Source: Camelus ferus
Taxonomy: Eukaryota
Length of the DNA stretch: 64,000 bases
NCBI RefSeq assembly: GCF_009834535.1
Contig: NC_045707.1
Span: forward strand, 50,470,001 to 50,534,000
Direction: 5' to 3'
Translations under genes and position numbers: made by a program
Notes under the pieces: model-generated
The model's input: the letters and a program-made list of their open reading frames with translations, nothing else
What the model was told of the DNA's origin: nothing
Database searches by the model: none
Shown here: positions 50,851 to 62,620 of the stretch, in pieces
Layout: each line of letters starts with the position of its first letter
Numbering within the stretch: position 1 is the stretch's first letter

Positions 50851-52849
50851 AAGAGAGATTAGTCAAACAGGAGATATTTGAGCTTTTGCTTCCTTAGGTT
50901 TTGCACAGGAAAATGGGGGTTAGTTGGAAACTGAAAGCCAGTTGGCCCTTTATCACAAATTACTCTGAGTGACTGCTAGGAGAAGACAGTGGAGGAACAG
51001 AGGGGAAAACATACTATTAGAAAGGAGGGGTTTGTGGCTTATCATTTCCCTCAAAGAATGTACAATCTATTGAATTTGTTTTCAAAATCTACTCCAGTAG
51101 AAGTGCCTGCCTGATTCACGTATGAGATCTTAAGTTTGCTGTTAAGGAGTCATTTCCAAATTTTTTTTAAACAATAAGCTATAAATAACACAATGACAGG
51201 ATTGTGTTGGCTTCCTCCTGACGTACTCTGGCTGAGGGTCTTGGTCAGAATCCTGAGGTGGAGAGCAGGAATTCTGTCTGAGCCACAGGGTGACCCAGTG
51301 CTTTTCCAAGATTAGCCGAGGAGGCAGCTCTCAGGAAGCAGGCTTCCTTGCCAGGTCCTGGCTGTGGGATTTCTGAATTTACCATGTAAGAAGGCTCCTG
51401 GCTTTGAGCACAGGGAGGTGGTTCCCCAGGCCACAGAGCCTCAGAAAAGATGCCTCTCTCTCTCTTCTCACTATTTATGTACAACTGAATTATCCATCCT
51501 TCCCACCCCTCCCCGAGGCATTTTTTTTTCTTTCCCTCTCTGGTGGCAAGGGACCGTAACACTTAATTTCTGCTTATTAGGAGTTGCTCTCAGGATGGTC
51601 CTCTTCCCCAGGGGAGCGCTTGTGTAATAGGCGACGCAGAATCATATTTATAAATTCATAGTGATTCATCTCAGCACTATTACAAATGGCAGGCCCTCAG
51701 AAATGAGCACTGCATTTAAGCACAGCCACATAACTGGAAGATTGCTTCTGGGCATGCTGCATGGTTCAAGATTTTTCTATGTTCCTAAAGTGTGTGCCTT
51801 AATGATTCATTAATTAGAAGCTTTTATCGGAACCAGCTGGCACATCATTAATTTGTGCAGCCAACTTAAGGCAACTGCTATTTCCCTTTGATTCCTCTGT
51901 TGCAGACTGCAGGATGTGGACGGGAACAGCCTTCTCTCTCTTATTACTACTCAGCCTATATGTTTATCTGGCCCTGTCGGTGAGGGCAGGTTTGCATGCC
52001 CTCAGCCAAACAAGAGATCTTGACTGACCTCAAGGGAATCTGGAGGAAAAGGAAGTCTATCCTGAGACCAAAAGGAATATTGGCTGCTTCTATTTGCCTT
52101 GTACAGAATAGGTACTTAGCAAATATTTGATCTTTGTATGGTTTTATTACTTCTTTTTATCAGATTGGAAAGTGAGGAGTGAAAAAAAGTCTGGGAAAAT
52201 TAGCATTTATTCCCTAAGTCTGGAAAGAAAGATTTCAATTCATTTGGTATTAATGCAACAACTCAAGCCAAGGTCGATGTCTTTATCTAACCTGAACCCA
52301 TACGTTCAATTCAATTTGGGCCAAAAGCATTTATTGAGCATCTATTACAGCCTTGCCAAGAACTGTACTGCAAGCAGGGAATAGAAAAAGGATTCCTTGG
52401 TAATTCCCTAGTCATAAGGAGAGCTATTCATGGAATACACCATTTAAATACGCCAGGTGTGCTTCTAGGAGTGCTTCCTGCAGTTGCTGAGGCTATAGTT
52501 TGCCTTGAATGTGAAGAGGAATTAGCCAGGTAAAAATAGCTTTTGCCATATGTGCAGTTTGACCTACTTTTCAGACATTACTGACTTGCCAGCACTTTCA
52601 AGACTGAAGGTTGATTTTCACTTCTCACTGTTTCATTCTGGCAGCTTCCCTGAGCATCCAGACACTCTAAAGAAAGGTGGTTCTCAAGTGAAGTTACATT
52701 CACTGACCATTACAGCTCATCCAAGTGAAAGGTGGGCTCAGGATTCTCTAAAAATAAGAATGTCCAGTGTTTCAGCACTACCTTCAAGGTCCCAACTGGA
52801 TCTTATTCATTAGGCTTTCTTGGTATCCAAAATCATCCACAGTCGGCAT

Positions 52850-53080
52850 CAGGGGTTGGCAAGCCCTTTCCAGAAAGGGACAGGTAGTAAATATTCAAGG
52901 TTTTGCAGGATGGACAATCTCTATCACAACTATTCCACACTGCTTTTGTAGCTTGAAAGCAGTTATAGGCTGTATGTAAAAGAATGGCTGTGGCTGTGGC
53001 TGTGGCTGTGTGCTAGTGAAACTGTATGAAAACAGGAAGAGGGCTGGATTTGGCCCCTGAATCACAGTTTGCTGATGATT
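52850..53080 (+). mobile_element. MER58A hAT-Charlie MITE with (TGGCTG)4 expansion
   Basis: caggggttggcaa...gtagtaaatatt...gggctggatttggccc...agtttgctga. Confidence 0.85.
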
Positions 53081-55129
53081 TAGCATTAAACAAATATATC
53101 TGGCCATCGTTTGAGGTCAAAAAGCATTTTAAATTTGTAGGTAAATATAGAAACTTCAGATATTGAACACTGAAATCAGGAGTCTAAACTCACTTTTAAA
53201 TCCTTCTTATGCAATGAACACGTTCTATAAAATATTATGCTAAGTGATAGGGATAAAAGGAAATGAAACTTGGTGCTTACTCTCAAGAAGCTTATAATCT
53301 AGCAGGAAGCATGTTCTACAGGTGAGGAAATAGAGACCCTCAGAAATGACTTGCTCTTGGTTAGACAATAGCAAAGCCAGGATTCTTGAATTCAGGCCTC
53401 TCTCCACCACAGCCCTTTGTCTGAAGGGTGAAGACCCTTGGGTCAGAATTGAGTTTATGAGGAGGAAGAGAGGATGTATGATTCACTGAGGTTCTTAGGC
53501 TCTTGAATCTTCGCTTCAAACACCTGCTAGAAACAACTGAAAGGAGATATTAAAGCTGTTTTCTTAACAATGCTTGAGTCAGGCCATGCATAGTTCATGC
53601 TAACAAGAGACTCATCTGGCTTCCCGTGTTGCTGGGAGTTCACCACTCACTGTATGTTCACCGAAAGCATCTGCCAGACATCAAAAGAGTTTTGTTGTCA
53701 TTTGGCAGAAGAATCTCATCTTTTCCTAAGATCTCTGTCATGCTCACAGATAGAAAAACAAAGAGGTAGCCTTGCTAAAGCTGAAGAAGTCACTGGGAAA
53801 ATCATTCTACAGTATTTTTATATGAATTCAGATAATAAATATAATACAACTGCTAAATCCAACAGTCTTTGTGCAATCTCGTTCTTATGATATCTCTGCA
53901 GCATTTGATAGTGTTGTTTGCTACCCTCTTTTTGAGAAATTCTCTCATTTCATGATATAGAACTTTCTTCTCCTAAAATGGGGATTTTCCCAAAGAATGG
54001 TCCTGAGTCCTCTACCTTCTGGATTCTGTATTCTGTCTTTCAGCCCTGTCTGCTTTTAGGACTTCAACTCTCACCTCTAATTGAAGAAACAGGAAAGAAA
54101 GAGAAAGAGAAAATATTTATTTGGTACTTGAAGTGTTATAAGGATCTAGAAATAGAAAACACAATATCTTCCTCCAAAGATTTTGTAGTCTAGTGGAGAC
54201 AGAGAGAAAAAAAGGTAATGACTCTACAGATGTTAGATGCTAGTCAAGGCAGGTATGTGAGTTAACAGGTGAATAGCTGGGATATGAAGAGGCATCTGTG
54301 AAGGTTCCCAGAAGAGGAAGAGCTGTGCTGAATGTAGAAATTTGAATATGAAATCAGGGTGTAGAGGTTTGATCCCCTTGAGACTGAATTTGCTGCTCCC
54401 CAATATTTACCCAGTGGGGTCATCTCTGACATTGGCTCCTTACTGCCCACTTCCCCAGTGCTTCCCTGACTAGCTCAAAAGCCGCTGGAAGTCAAGGATG
54501 GGCCTAGTTCATCATTGTGTCTTTAGCACCTGAGCAGTGCCTGGTACCTGATAGGGGCTTAGTCATATTTACTGAGGGATCAAAATTATTATTCTGACTT
54601 TATTACCAAGAAACTGAGTCTTAGCAATTGAAAATGAATTTATTTATGACCAAACACTGAGTACTGGGAGATGGGGACATTTAAACACAGGCTTCTATGA
54701 ATCCCTCACCATTTTTGGTTCAGTTCACCTAATGTGACATCTCAGGCCCTACCTTCACTCTTGAGCCTCAATTCCATTCTCCAGTTCTTTTACTGTTTGT
54801 TTGTTTTTTACTTTCTCCCTAAATGTACTGCCTCAAACTCAGCATAACCAAAATAGAACTCCTCATCTTCCTCCTGAATGGAGATGCTTCTTTCTTTCTG
54901 TATGATATCAGTATGTGTGACATCAATACCCATTTTATTGTGTTCTTGGACTCCTAGGGTTTGGGAGTTGATTAAATAAGAAAATAGAAGGCAGGGGTAT
55001 TTAGCTGACCAAACGTGACAATTTCGGCACATGGCTTCTCCCATGCCATGATAATCAGCCCTCCGTGCTGAACAAACCTTACCTCTGAAGCAACACCATC
55101 CCAAAGATATTGAAGCCACAAATGTAAAC

Positions 55130-55290
55130 CTCACATGTCATTTCACATTTTCTCAGAGACATTTTAAGAAAAGTGAGAAGAAACAGGAAGAGAGAAAAAG
55201 AAATAGGCGAGATTAATTTTAAAAGCACATTTTATCAATAGCTTAATAGCCACATATGGCTAGTGACTCATATTGAACAATGTAGTTCTA
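55130..55290. mobile_element. MER33/MER3-like fragment
   Basis: aatagccacatatggctagtgactcatattgaacaatgtag. Confidence 0.6.
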
Positions 55291-55556
55291 GAAAGTCTTC
55301 AGCAAAGATTTTATAAGCTACCAAATAACATTAAATTTCTAAGTCATTCCTCATAATTTGCATCCCCCTGGTAATTCAATACTGTTACTACTCAAATCCA
55401 ACTGGTTGCTGGGCAGGGTAGGGGGCTTGGTGAGGGGTATGTCAGCAACAATGCTGAGGAGAGACATGTCACTATCAGGAAAAGAGATAAATGCTGCAAT
55501 TATAGCCTTTTTTCTTGATGTGTTTTTGATCTGAAAAATCCCAAATGTATTCGATA

Positions 55557-55599
55557 GACATGTTTCCAGAGGTGACATGTTTCCAGAGGTGACATGTTT
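55557..55599 (+). repeat. 17-bp tandem repeat x2.5
   Basis: gacatgtttccagaggt gacatgtttccagaggt gacatgttt. Confidence 0.95.
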
Positions 55600-56734
55600 A
55601 CAGGAGCAATGTGTTTACAAGAATGCTGTGTCCTTCAGCTCTCCAATCAAAGGTCTGGGGAACATTTATTTAATCAAAGTCTTCCAGCATGGGAAAGAAA
55701 GTCATGATGGAGCCTCTGACCATCAGTCATTTGCTTGGAGATGTCCTAATACAGTATTTATTAACCGCATGCTAGCCCTTGTCCTCAAGGTATTTCCTGT
55801 ATCCTAAACTCAGAACCATAATGCTTTCTGAGATTTTTCTCTCCAATCGGATACCAAGTCCTACAAATTCTTTATCAGAGAGTTGCTTGCATCCTCTTTC
55901 TTCTATTTTATTCTTAATGCTGCTTTGTGGCCCTCAACTTTATCACTTCATAGTTTAACCAACTGCAACGATCTCCAAAATGATTTTGCTACCTCAAGAT
56001 TCTTTCTGCTTCACCATTCGCCATTAAATTAATCTAAGAGACTGCTTTGAGAACATCTCCTTCTCTCAAATTCCCCTTCACCTAATTAAAACAGAAACTA
56101 AAACCTCCCACCTCCTCACTTTATAAATGAAGAAATTTAAACTGATGAATAGTAAGTCACTTATCCAGAATGACACAATTTAAAAATGGAAGAGCCAGAT
56201 TTAAACCCAGGCTTCCTGATTATCAGTCTTGTATGCTTTCTACTACACATCCTGCCTATAGAATAATGGTCAAGCGCTTTCATCTTTACTCCAGGCTTTG
56301 CCCCATCTAAATCCTATTTATCTTGCCAATCTTCATTCTAACTCTCATACCTTAATCTGTCAACACATTATTCCTTAAAAAGCCACTCATCCAGCTAGTG
56401 TAAAAATGTTTATTGGGCATGTCATGCAGGAGACATTCTGTTAGATGCCTAAAGGGACAAACCTTCACAGGCTGTGTGGGAGATAAGGCTGGCAAGGAAG
56501 GCCGAGGCCAAAACACTGACAATGTTGAAAGTCAGGCTAGGAGTTTGAGATTGAATTCATTAAACAGGATAGAACAGACAGCTTTTGATTAAGAGCGTGA
56601 GATGACAAGTCTGGCCGAGTGTGCAGAATCCATTAAAGTCAACAGAGCTTGGAGTAGTCTTGAGGTTGTAAAGTGGTAGCTCATGGAAAGACAAAAGACT
56701 AGAGATGGTTTTTGTTTGGCTCACATACTGGTTT

Positions 56735-56765
56735 TGTGTGTGTGTGTGTGTGTGTGAGTGAGTGT
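56735..56765 (+). repeat. (TG)n microsatellite
   Basis: Seen directly. Confidence 0.9.
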
Positions 56766-57319
56766 ACATATGCATGCATATATGTTTAAATAAAATCAGG
56801 TGCTAATGTTTAAAAATTAGAAGCTTACATAAAAATCAATACTTTGCAGCTCTCTTTAAAAGTTAGATACTCTGGAGACACAGTGAATGCGTTCCCACAT
56901 GGCAAGAATCAGAAGGTACTGATGGGACGCTGACTAATTTAGATGGCGCATGCCCTTGCTAGCTGGATTCACTCATGAATGTTAACCCACCCGACACTTT
57001 AGGTATTGAGATTGAGAATCCTCTGACAGAAGTAGGACTGTTGGTAGAAAGGACTGAGCAAGAGAGTAGCATCAGAAAGATCAATGTTGGATTGAGTCAA
57101 GAAAAAGAGAGAGAGAGAGATAATATTGATATGAGTTCATATGCTTACAATATACTTAAAGCTCACCTAGGGCACACTACCATATGCTAGTTGAATTCAG
57201 TGTTTCCCTCTGTGAGCATCCCTTGCACTCACCACTTCCTTCTACATTGTTTTCTAATGATCTCTTTATATGTAGTCTCCTTCTAGATCACTTAACAAAT
57301 AGTATTCCCTTTGGCAACC

Positions 57320-58445
57320 TCATCTAAAAGAAAAATTAACTAAAAAAAATTAGAGATGAATTGGAATTTAAATGTAAGAAATAAAACTTCAGATATATTA
57401 AAAGAAATTTTAAGAAAATATCTGTGGGAAAATAGTTTGGGAGAAGAAAAAATCTGACTGACCAAGACTTGAAAACCAGAGTCATACAAAGAAAGTTTTA
57501 ACTACATGAAAATAAAATATATTTTCACAGCAAAAGATACTGTAAACAAAATAAAAAACTAAATGACTGACAGGTAAAAAGTTTTTGCATCACATCTGAC
57601 AAAGGGTGACTCTTCTTTAATATATAAAGAGCACCTACAAATTGACAAGGAAAATGGTAAATTACACAATATATATTTTAAACACTGGCAAAACATCAAT
57701 TTTCAGAAGAAACTCAATCAATAAACATGAAAGCTGCTCAATTTTACTAGTAGTCAAGAAAAACCAAAGTAAAGCAACAAATTAAATACCTCATTTTGCT
57801 CTTCAGATTGCAAAAATTTAAAAAAGGTTGTAACATCTAAGTGCTGATGAGGATACAGGGTATCCTGTATATATGAAATGTCACTTTCATATATTGCTGA
57901 TAGGAGCCTAAATTGCTACAGACTTGGAAATTCACACAGGCAATGTGTATTACATAAAAAATGAACACATCTTTTTATCCAGTAATTCCACATTTGATAA
58001 TCTACCCTATAAAAATGACAACACTGGTGCATAAAGATATGCATACAAGGATGTTTACTACAGCTTTATATGAAACAGTAAAGCACTGGAAACAACGTGA
58101 ATATTCAACAAGGGAATGAGAGAATAAACTATGGTATATTTGTACTGTGGCATCGTATATAATATTAGGTGAGAAATACTGATAAATGATAAGTAGACAG
58201 AATGATGTAATTATAAAAACAAATGACGAACTACATTTATGTGTGAATGTGTGGATCATGGAAAACAGGGAGGGATAAAGAGGAAGATGTGGAAAGAAAT
58301 TCACCAGTTTGTTTAGATGAGAGCGGGAAAGACGGGTGGAGTAGAAGGAGATTGTTCAAACTCTCTTAAGGTCTTTGGGCCTTTTGACTTGTTACAAGTA
58401 TGTACTCCTTTGTAATTAATAAAAGTGAAGAAAATCTAAAATAAA
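57320..58445 (+). mobile_element. L1ME-like ORF2 end/3'UTR
   Basis: tttaaatgtaagaaataaaac; tccagtaattcccacattt; acaaggatgtttactacagc; ataaactatggtatatt. Confidence 0.75.
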
Positions 58446-60699
58446 TACTTTATTTTAAACACAGGGAGAGGTCCCCTCATAAAACACGAATTTGCCTGTT
58501 TAGATAGAAGAAATTCCTCATCAGATTTAGTGCCTGGACTAAGCCTGTTAGTAATCTTTTATATGGTATCTTTCTCCCCAAATTACCAAACATCATAAAA
58601 ATAGGCATGCACAGAGATGGCAGGCCACACAGATGCTCTCGCTCTCGTTGCCACACTCCTAGAGGCCACGGCTGACCTCACCACCCGTTTCCGTGATCCG
58701 GCTGTGGTCTTAGTGCCTCTCAACTCTGGGCTTGAAGATGATGCTACCAACCAATTAGAAGTGAAGGTAAAAGAAGGTTAAACATTTTCAACTCCCCCAC
58801 ATACCTGAACCAAAGCTGTGAAAAAAGGGCGTATCTGAGGTAATTAATTGCCCAGAAATATTTAATACCCTCTCCTCTGCTACATTTAACATGAGGCTTG
58901 AATGCTTTGTTTTTGACTTAGTCACAATGTTCCCTGGAGTCTTGGGCATGTTTCTGCAGCCCACTAAAAGAAAGAAAGAAAAAAAAAAAAAAAAACCCCC
59001 GAGCACAACTTATTTAACTTGCAACTCTCGCCATACCACTTTACGCCTGAGTGCTTTAGCCTTTGGGCAGACGGTAATCACAATGCACTCACTTACTAGG
59101 TAGGGACATCCACTTTATAGGAAGAGCTTTCATCTACCCACAGTCTCCTCTTTTTTCGCAAAAGCATTTGGCTGATGGTCTCCAAATGACAACAACCCAA
59201 CTTTTCTCTTTGTAGCCTGACAGGTCAAAGACCCTGCTAAAGTCAGGAAAGAGATGTATCATGTTGCTCTAATAACAGAGTGGAAACTCCTTTAATGTTC
59301 AGATTCTCTAGGGAAGAACACCATATTAAAAGTACTGACTCGCAAGAAGAATAGGTGCCTGGCATCTTACACAGTGTGACATGAAGGGGGCCAGCTTTCT
59401 CCCCAAGGCCCATTTCAGCTTTTGAACATATTCAGAACAGGCGGCATTGAGACAAAGTCTATCTTTAAAAAAAAAAGGGAGTGGGGCAAATATATAACGG
59501 ACAGGATGGTAGATGAATGTCAACCATAGTTCCCAAAATTTGCAAACGTAGATCTCACTGGCTCTGGATTTAGCTAGAAGACAGTGGAAATGGCTGTGTT
59601 ACTTGCATTTAAGGCAGTATTTGCTGAGCCAGTTGGGTTAGGTCTGAAGATTTTGCTGGTGAAGAGTTTCCGTGTTCAATTTCTGAGGGAAAGAGAGTTA
59701 ATATTTCCTTCAAAGTTGGGAGGAACCTTTTAAAACTGAGCTTTTCCAAATCTAAACTAAAAAAAAAAATTTGCCTTAAAACTGAAAAAAAAGAGAGATG
59801 AATTTTATTTTGTGCCTTAAGATAAACTGTGTTTCCCCACCTCCATGCATTTATGTGTAATTCCGGGAGCTATTTGTTATCTGTCTGGCTTGAAAAATAT
59901 AACAAATATAGTCAGATTATATATACTCGACTTCAGCACAGCTGATCAGGAAGTGAAACATTCATGTACTTTGCTGGTGTTTTGTTTTCTACTCCATTTA
60001 CTAATTTTTCTGGCTTTTCATCTGGCCCACCTGCTATTGCCCCATTCCGTACACATTGCCTCAGAACCCCTCCCCTCCGTTCCAACACAAAATCTCAACA
60101 GAGACATAGATGTGTCATTTGGTGGGATTTCACGATTGCCCTCTGGACCACCCTGTTTTTTTTCTGGTCTTGGCCAGGCACTGATTTTTGTGTTTGGAAA
60201 TACTCCAGCAGTGAAAGAAATCTTTCAAACTCTCCAAAGAATATATACTTGCTCTCTCATTCCTCCGGGAGCATATCTGGAGAAACGACCACTGCTCTCA
60301 GAGTGGAGTGTTACAGAGGACTGAATTTGTAATCAATGAACATTTCCCAGAGTAGGGGGTGACTTCTCCTGTGTCTTAGGTTGTGTGAACAAAGATGAGT
60401 TCCATCAGTTGGCATTTAAAAGCTCAGTGACGTGTACATGAAAAGAGGCATTTCGAAGGGTTATTTTTAAGATACCAGGTCTGCTCTTTATCATTAAGAC
60501 TTGAAATCTTCACGTATTCGTGGCCTCTCCAGAGAAACCCTGTCTGTGCGTGTGGAAGGACAAATTCACTGGAGATTTTGAGGGTTCTCCCTCAGTTGAA
60601 ACAGTTTGAGAATTTGCAGTTTTGAGTTGCAAAGACCAGCAGGCAGTCACACTGGATTACTTCTTGGGCTGGCTCCACTGGGCATTATTGGTTCCAATA

Positions 60700-60860
60700 C
60701 CATAACTGGCATAAGAATTACTCGGTGATTTCACTAAAAGCATGGATTGCTTGCCCCACTTCCAGAAATTTTGATTCTGTTGGTCTGGAATAAGGCCCAG
60801 AAATTCATAATACAAACAGATTTAGGAAAAAAAAGTCCTAGGTGATTAAATGCTTTGCCC
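60700..60860 (-). mobile_element. MER5A-like MITE
   Basis: agaattactcgg...ggattgcttgccccacttccagaaattttgattctgttggtctgg...ggcccag. Confidence 0.6.
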
Positions 60861-61388
60861 AGCCAGGTTGGGGAGGCCATCGTTCTTGTCATGCTAACCA
60901 GCTTGTTTTGGAACTGAACCCTGACCTCAGCCTCATTAGTACCACACGCTGGATACCACAGCTAACTGGTTCCATTTGGAAATACATAACCTTGTCTCTG
61001 ATCTTGCCAGAGGGCATTGATGTGAGAAAATAACCCTTACCCCTATTTGCTAGCATAGCTCAATATGTGATTTCAATACTGCCCTTTAGTTTCCCACTAT
61101 ACAATTTCAAAAAGTGTTTTAATCGTCCAGAGAATATCTACATTTGAGTGGAGAAAAAAGGGAAACCTGGTTTAACGACAACAACAACAACAAAAGCCTT
61201 TCCTAATAAGAATGGTTTTATACATTTTAATGACTCTCTCAAAAAAATCTAAATTTAAATCTGTTTCTTTCCAACTAGGAATTATACAGCTTTTAATGAT
61301 TTACCACAGCTTTTAGTAATAAATATCATTATCTTCTTAATATTTTTTCCCTGGATTATTATGAGGGATAATAGGTCCTGGACAAAGG

Positions 61389-61399
61389 GTGTGTGTAGT

Positions 61400-61433
<34 letters not shown>
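61389..61433 (+). repeat. (TG)n microsatellite
   Basis: Seen directly. Confidence 0.9.
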
Positions 61434-61437
<4 letters not shown>

Positions 61438-61947
61438 ACTTGTTAGGCACTGATGGCTCATTTTTTCTTGGAAGGCAGGCAGACCTCCTCCAACTGGGAG
61501 GTCATCTCACTGTTCGAGATGATGCATGTTTCTGTACACCAGGCTCGTTTTCGCACCTTCTATGACGAATATCAATGGGAAAAAATCGAAGAATAGAAGA
61601 GTCTGTATCAAGATGAGACTTAAGAAAAAGGATAACACGTCAAGAAAAAAAAAAAAGGAAAAAACCTCAAAACTCTATCCCTTAAAGCGGGCAAAAGATT
61701 TTAATGGGCCAGTTGATTCATCTAAGTCTACCTGGAACACATTAACCAGAATGGTTTACTGAGTAATCTCTCTCAGGCTGGAACACAGTAGAAATTCTGA
61801 AAAGAATTTGGGAGATCAGGAAAGCTCTGTGCTCACTGAAGCTGAGCCAGGCCCCAGGCTCCAGATGGAAGCAATGCTCACTGATTAGAATCAATGCCAT
61901 AAGAGATAAGGAAATGTTCCCTAGTGCTGTGCTGCTGTGCTTTGGGT

Positions 61948-62120
61948 CACTGGTTTCTCAAACTTTAGGTGCCTAAGAGTTCCCGTGGAAGCTTGTTAAA
62001 AATGCAGATGCCTGGACACCTTCCACTGAGATCTTGTTTCATTAGGCCTGGAACCAAAAAATAATCACTTTAATTAGCTACCCTGTGCTGTAGATCAGTC
62101 GTTGAGGTGTACTGCTCTAG
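61948..62120. mobile_element. MER5B-like MITE
   Basis: tggtttctcaaacttt...agcttgttaaaaatgcagatgcctgg. Confidence 0.65.
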
Positions 62121-62329
62121 AGAAGGTTATTTGGTGAAAATAAAATCAAATTGAAAAGAAAAGATTTCCCCTATTTATAAGAGAAATGACATAATCGTTG
62201 TAGAAAATATGGGAACTTCAGAAAAATGGAAAGAAGAAAATGACTCTTCAAATGCCCCTAATTTGAGCAAACTGTGATGCTGTCTGCTAAGATCTCTCCT
62301 CTTCTCCTTTTTTGCAAACTCCTTGGGCT

Positions 62330-62620
62330 TCCCCAGTTAACACCGCTAGATGAAAGTTACTCTGTTTTAGTGTGTTCAAATGCTAGTCCCTCCTGTAAGT
62401 CATGTATCTTCAACTTCCCTTTGACAATTCCACTTAGATGTCCAACTATCATCTCAAACTTAAACATATCTAAACCAACTCCATTTTTTACAATCAAAAT
62501 TGACTCTATTCCTCTTTTTGTTAAGAGGAACAATCTTCTCCTCAACAACAGCTAGAAGCTTCTTTAATACTTCTTTTTTTCACATTGTTTTCTAATCAGT
62601 TGCTAACTTCTCCTAACTCA
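62330..62620 (+). mobile_element. L2 fragment
   Basis: ttccacttagatgtccaactatcatctcaaacttaaacatatctaaacc. Confidence 0.7.

Noticed and set aside
51525..51552. CTCF site (reverse strand TTGCCACCAGAGAGG)
   Set aside because: The 3' GGC of the core consensus is missing, so the match is too weak to call.
55557..55599. CRISPR-like direct repeats (also 16704-16777 and 42715-42935)
   Set aside because: These are tandem or degenerate units without unique regular spacers, with no cas genes, in a mammalian context.
56780..56960. Possible ancient DNA-transposon fragment
   Set aside because: It looks repeat-like, but I cannot assign a family or boundaries with confidence.
59845..60332. 159-aa and 122-aa ORFs as CDS
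   Set aside because: The composition is Leu/Phe/Ser-rich and non-coding-like, the start context is weak, and I recognise no homology. Kept only as part of a regulatory finding.
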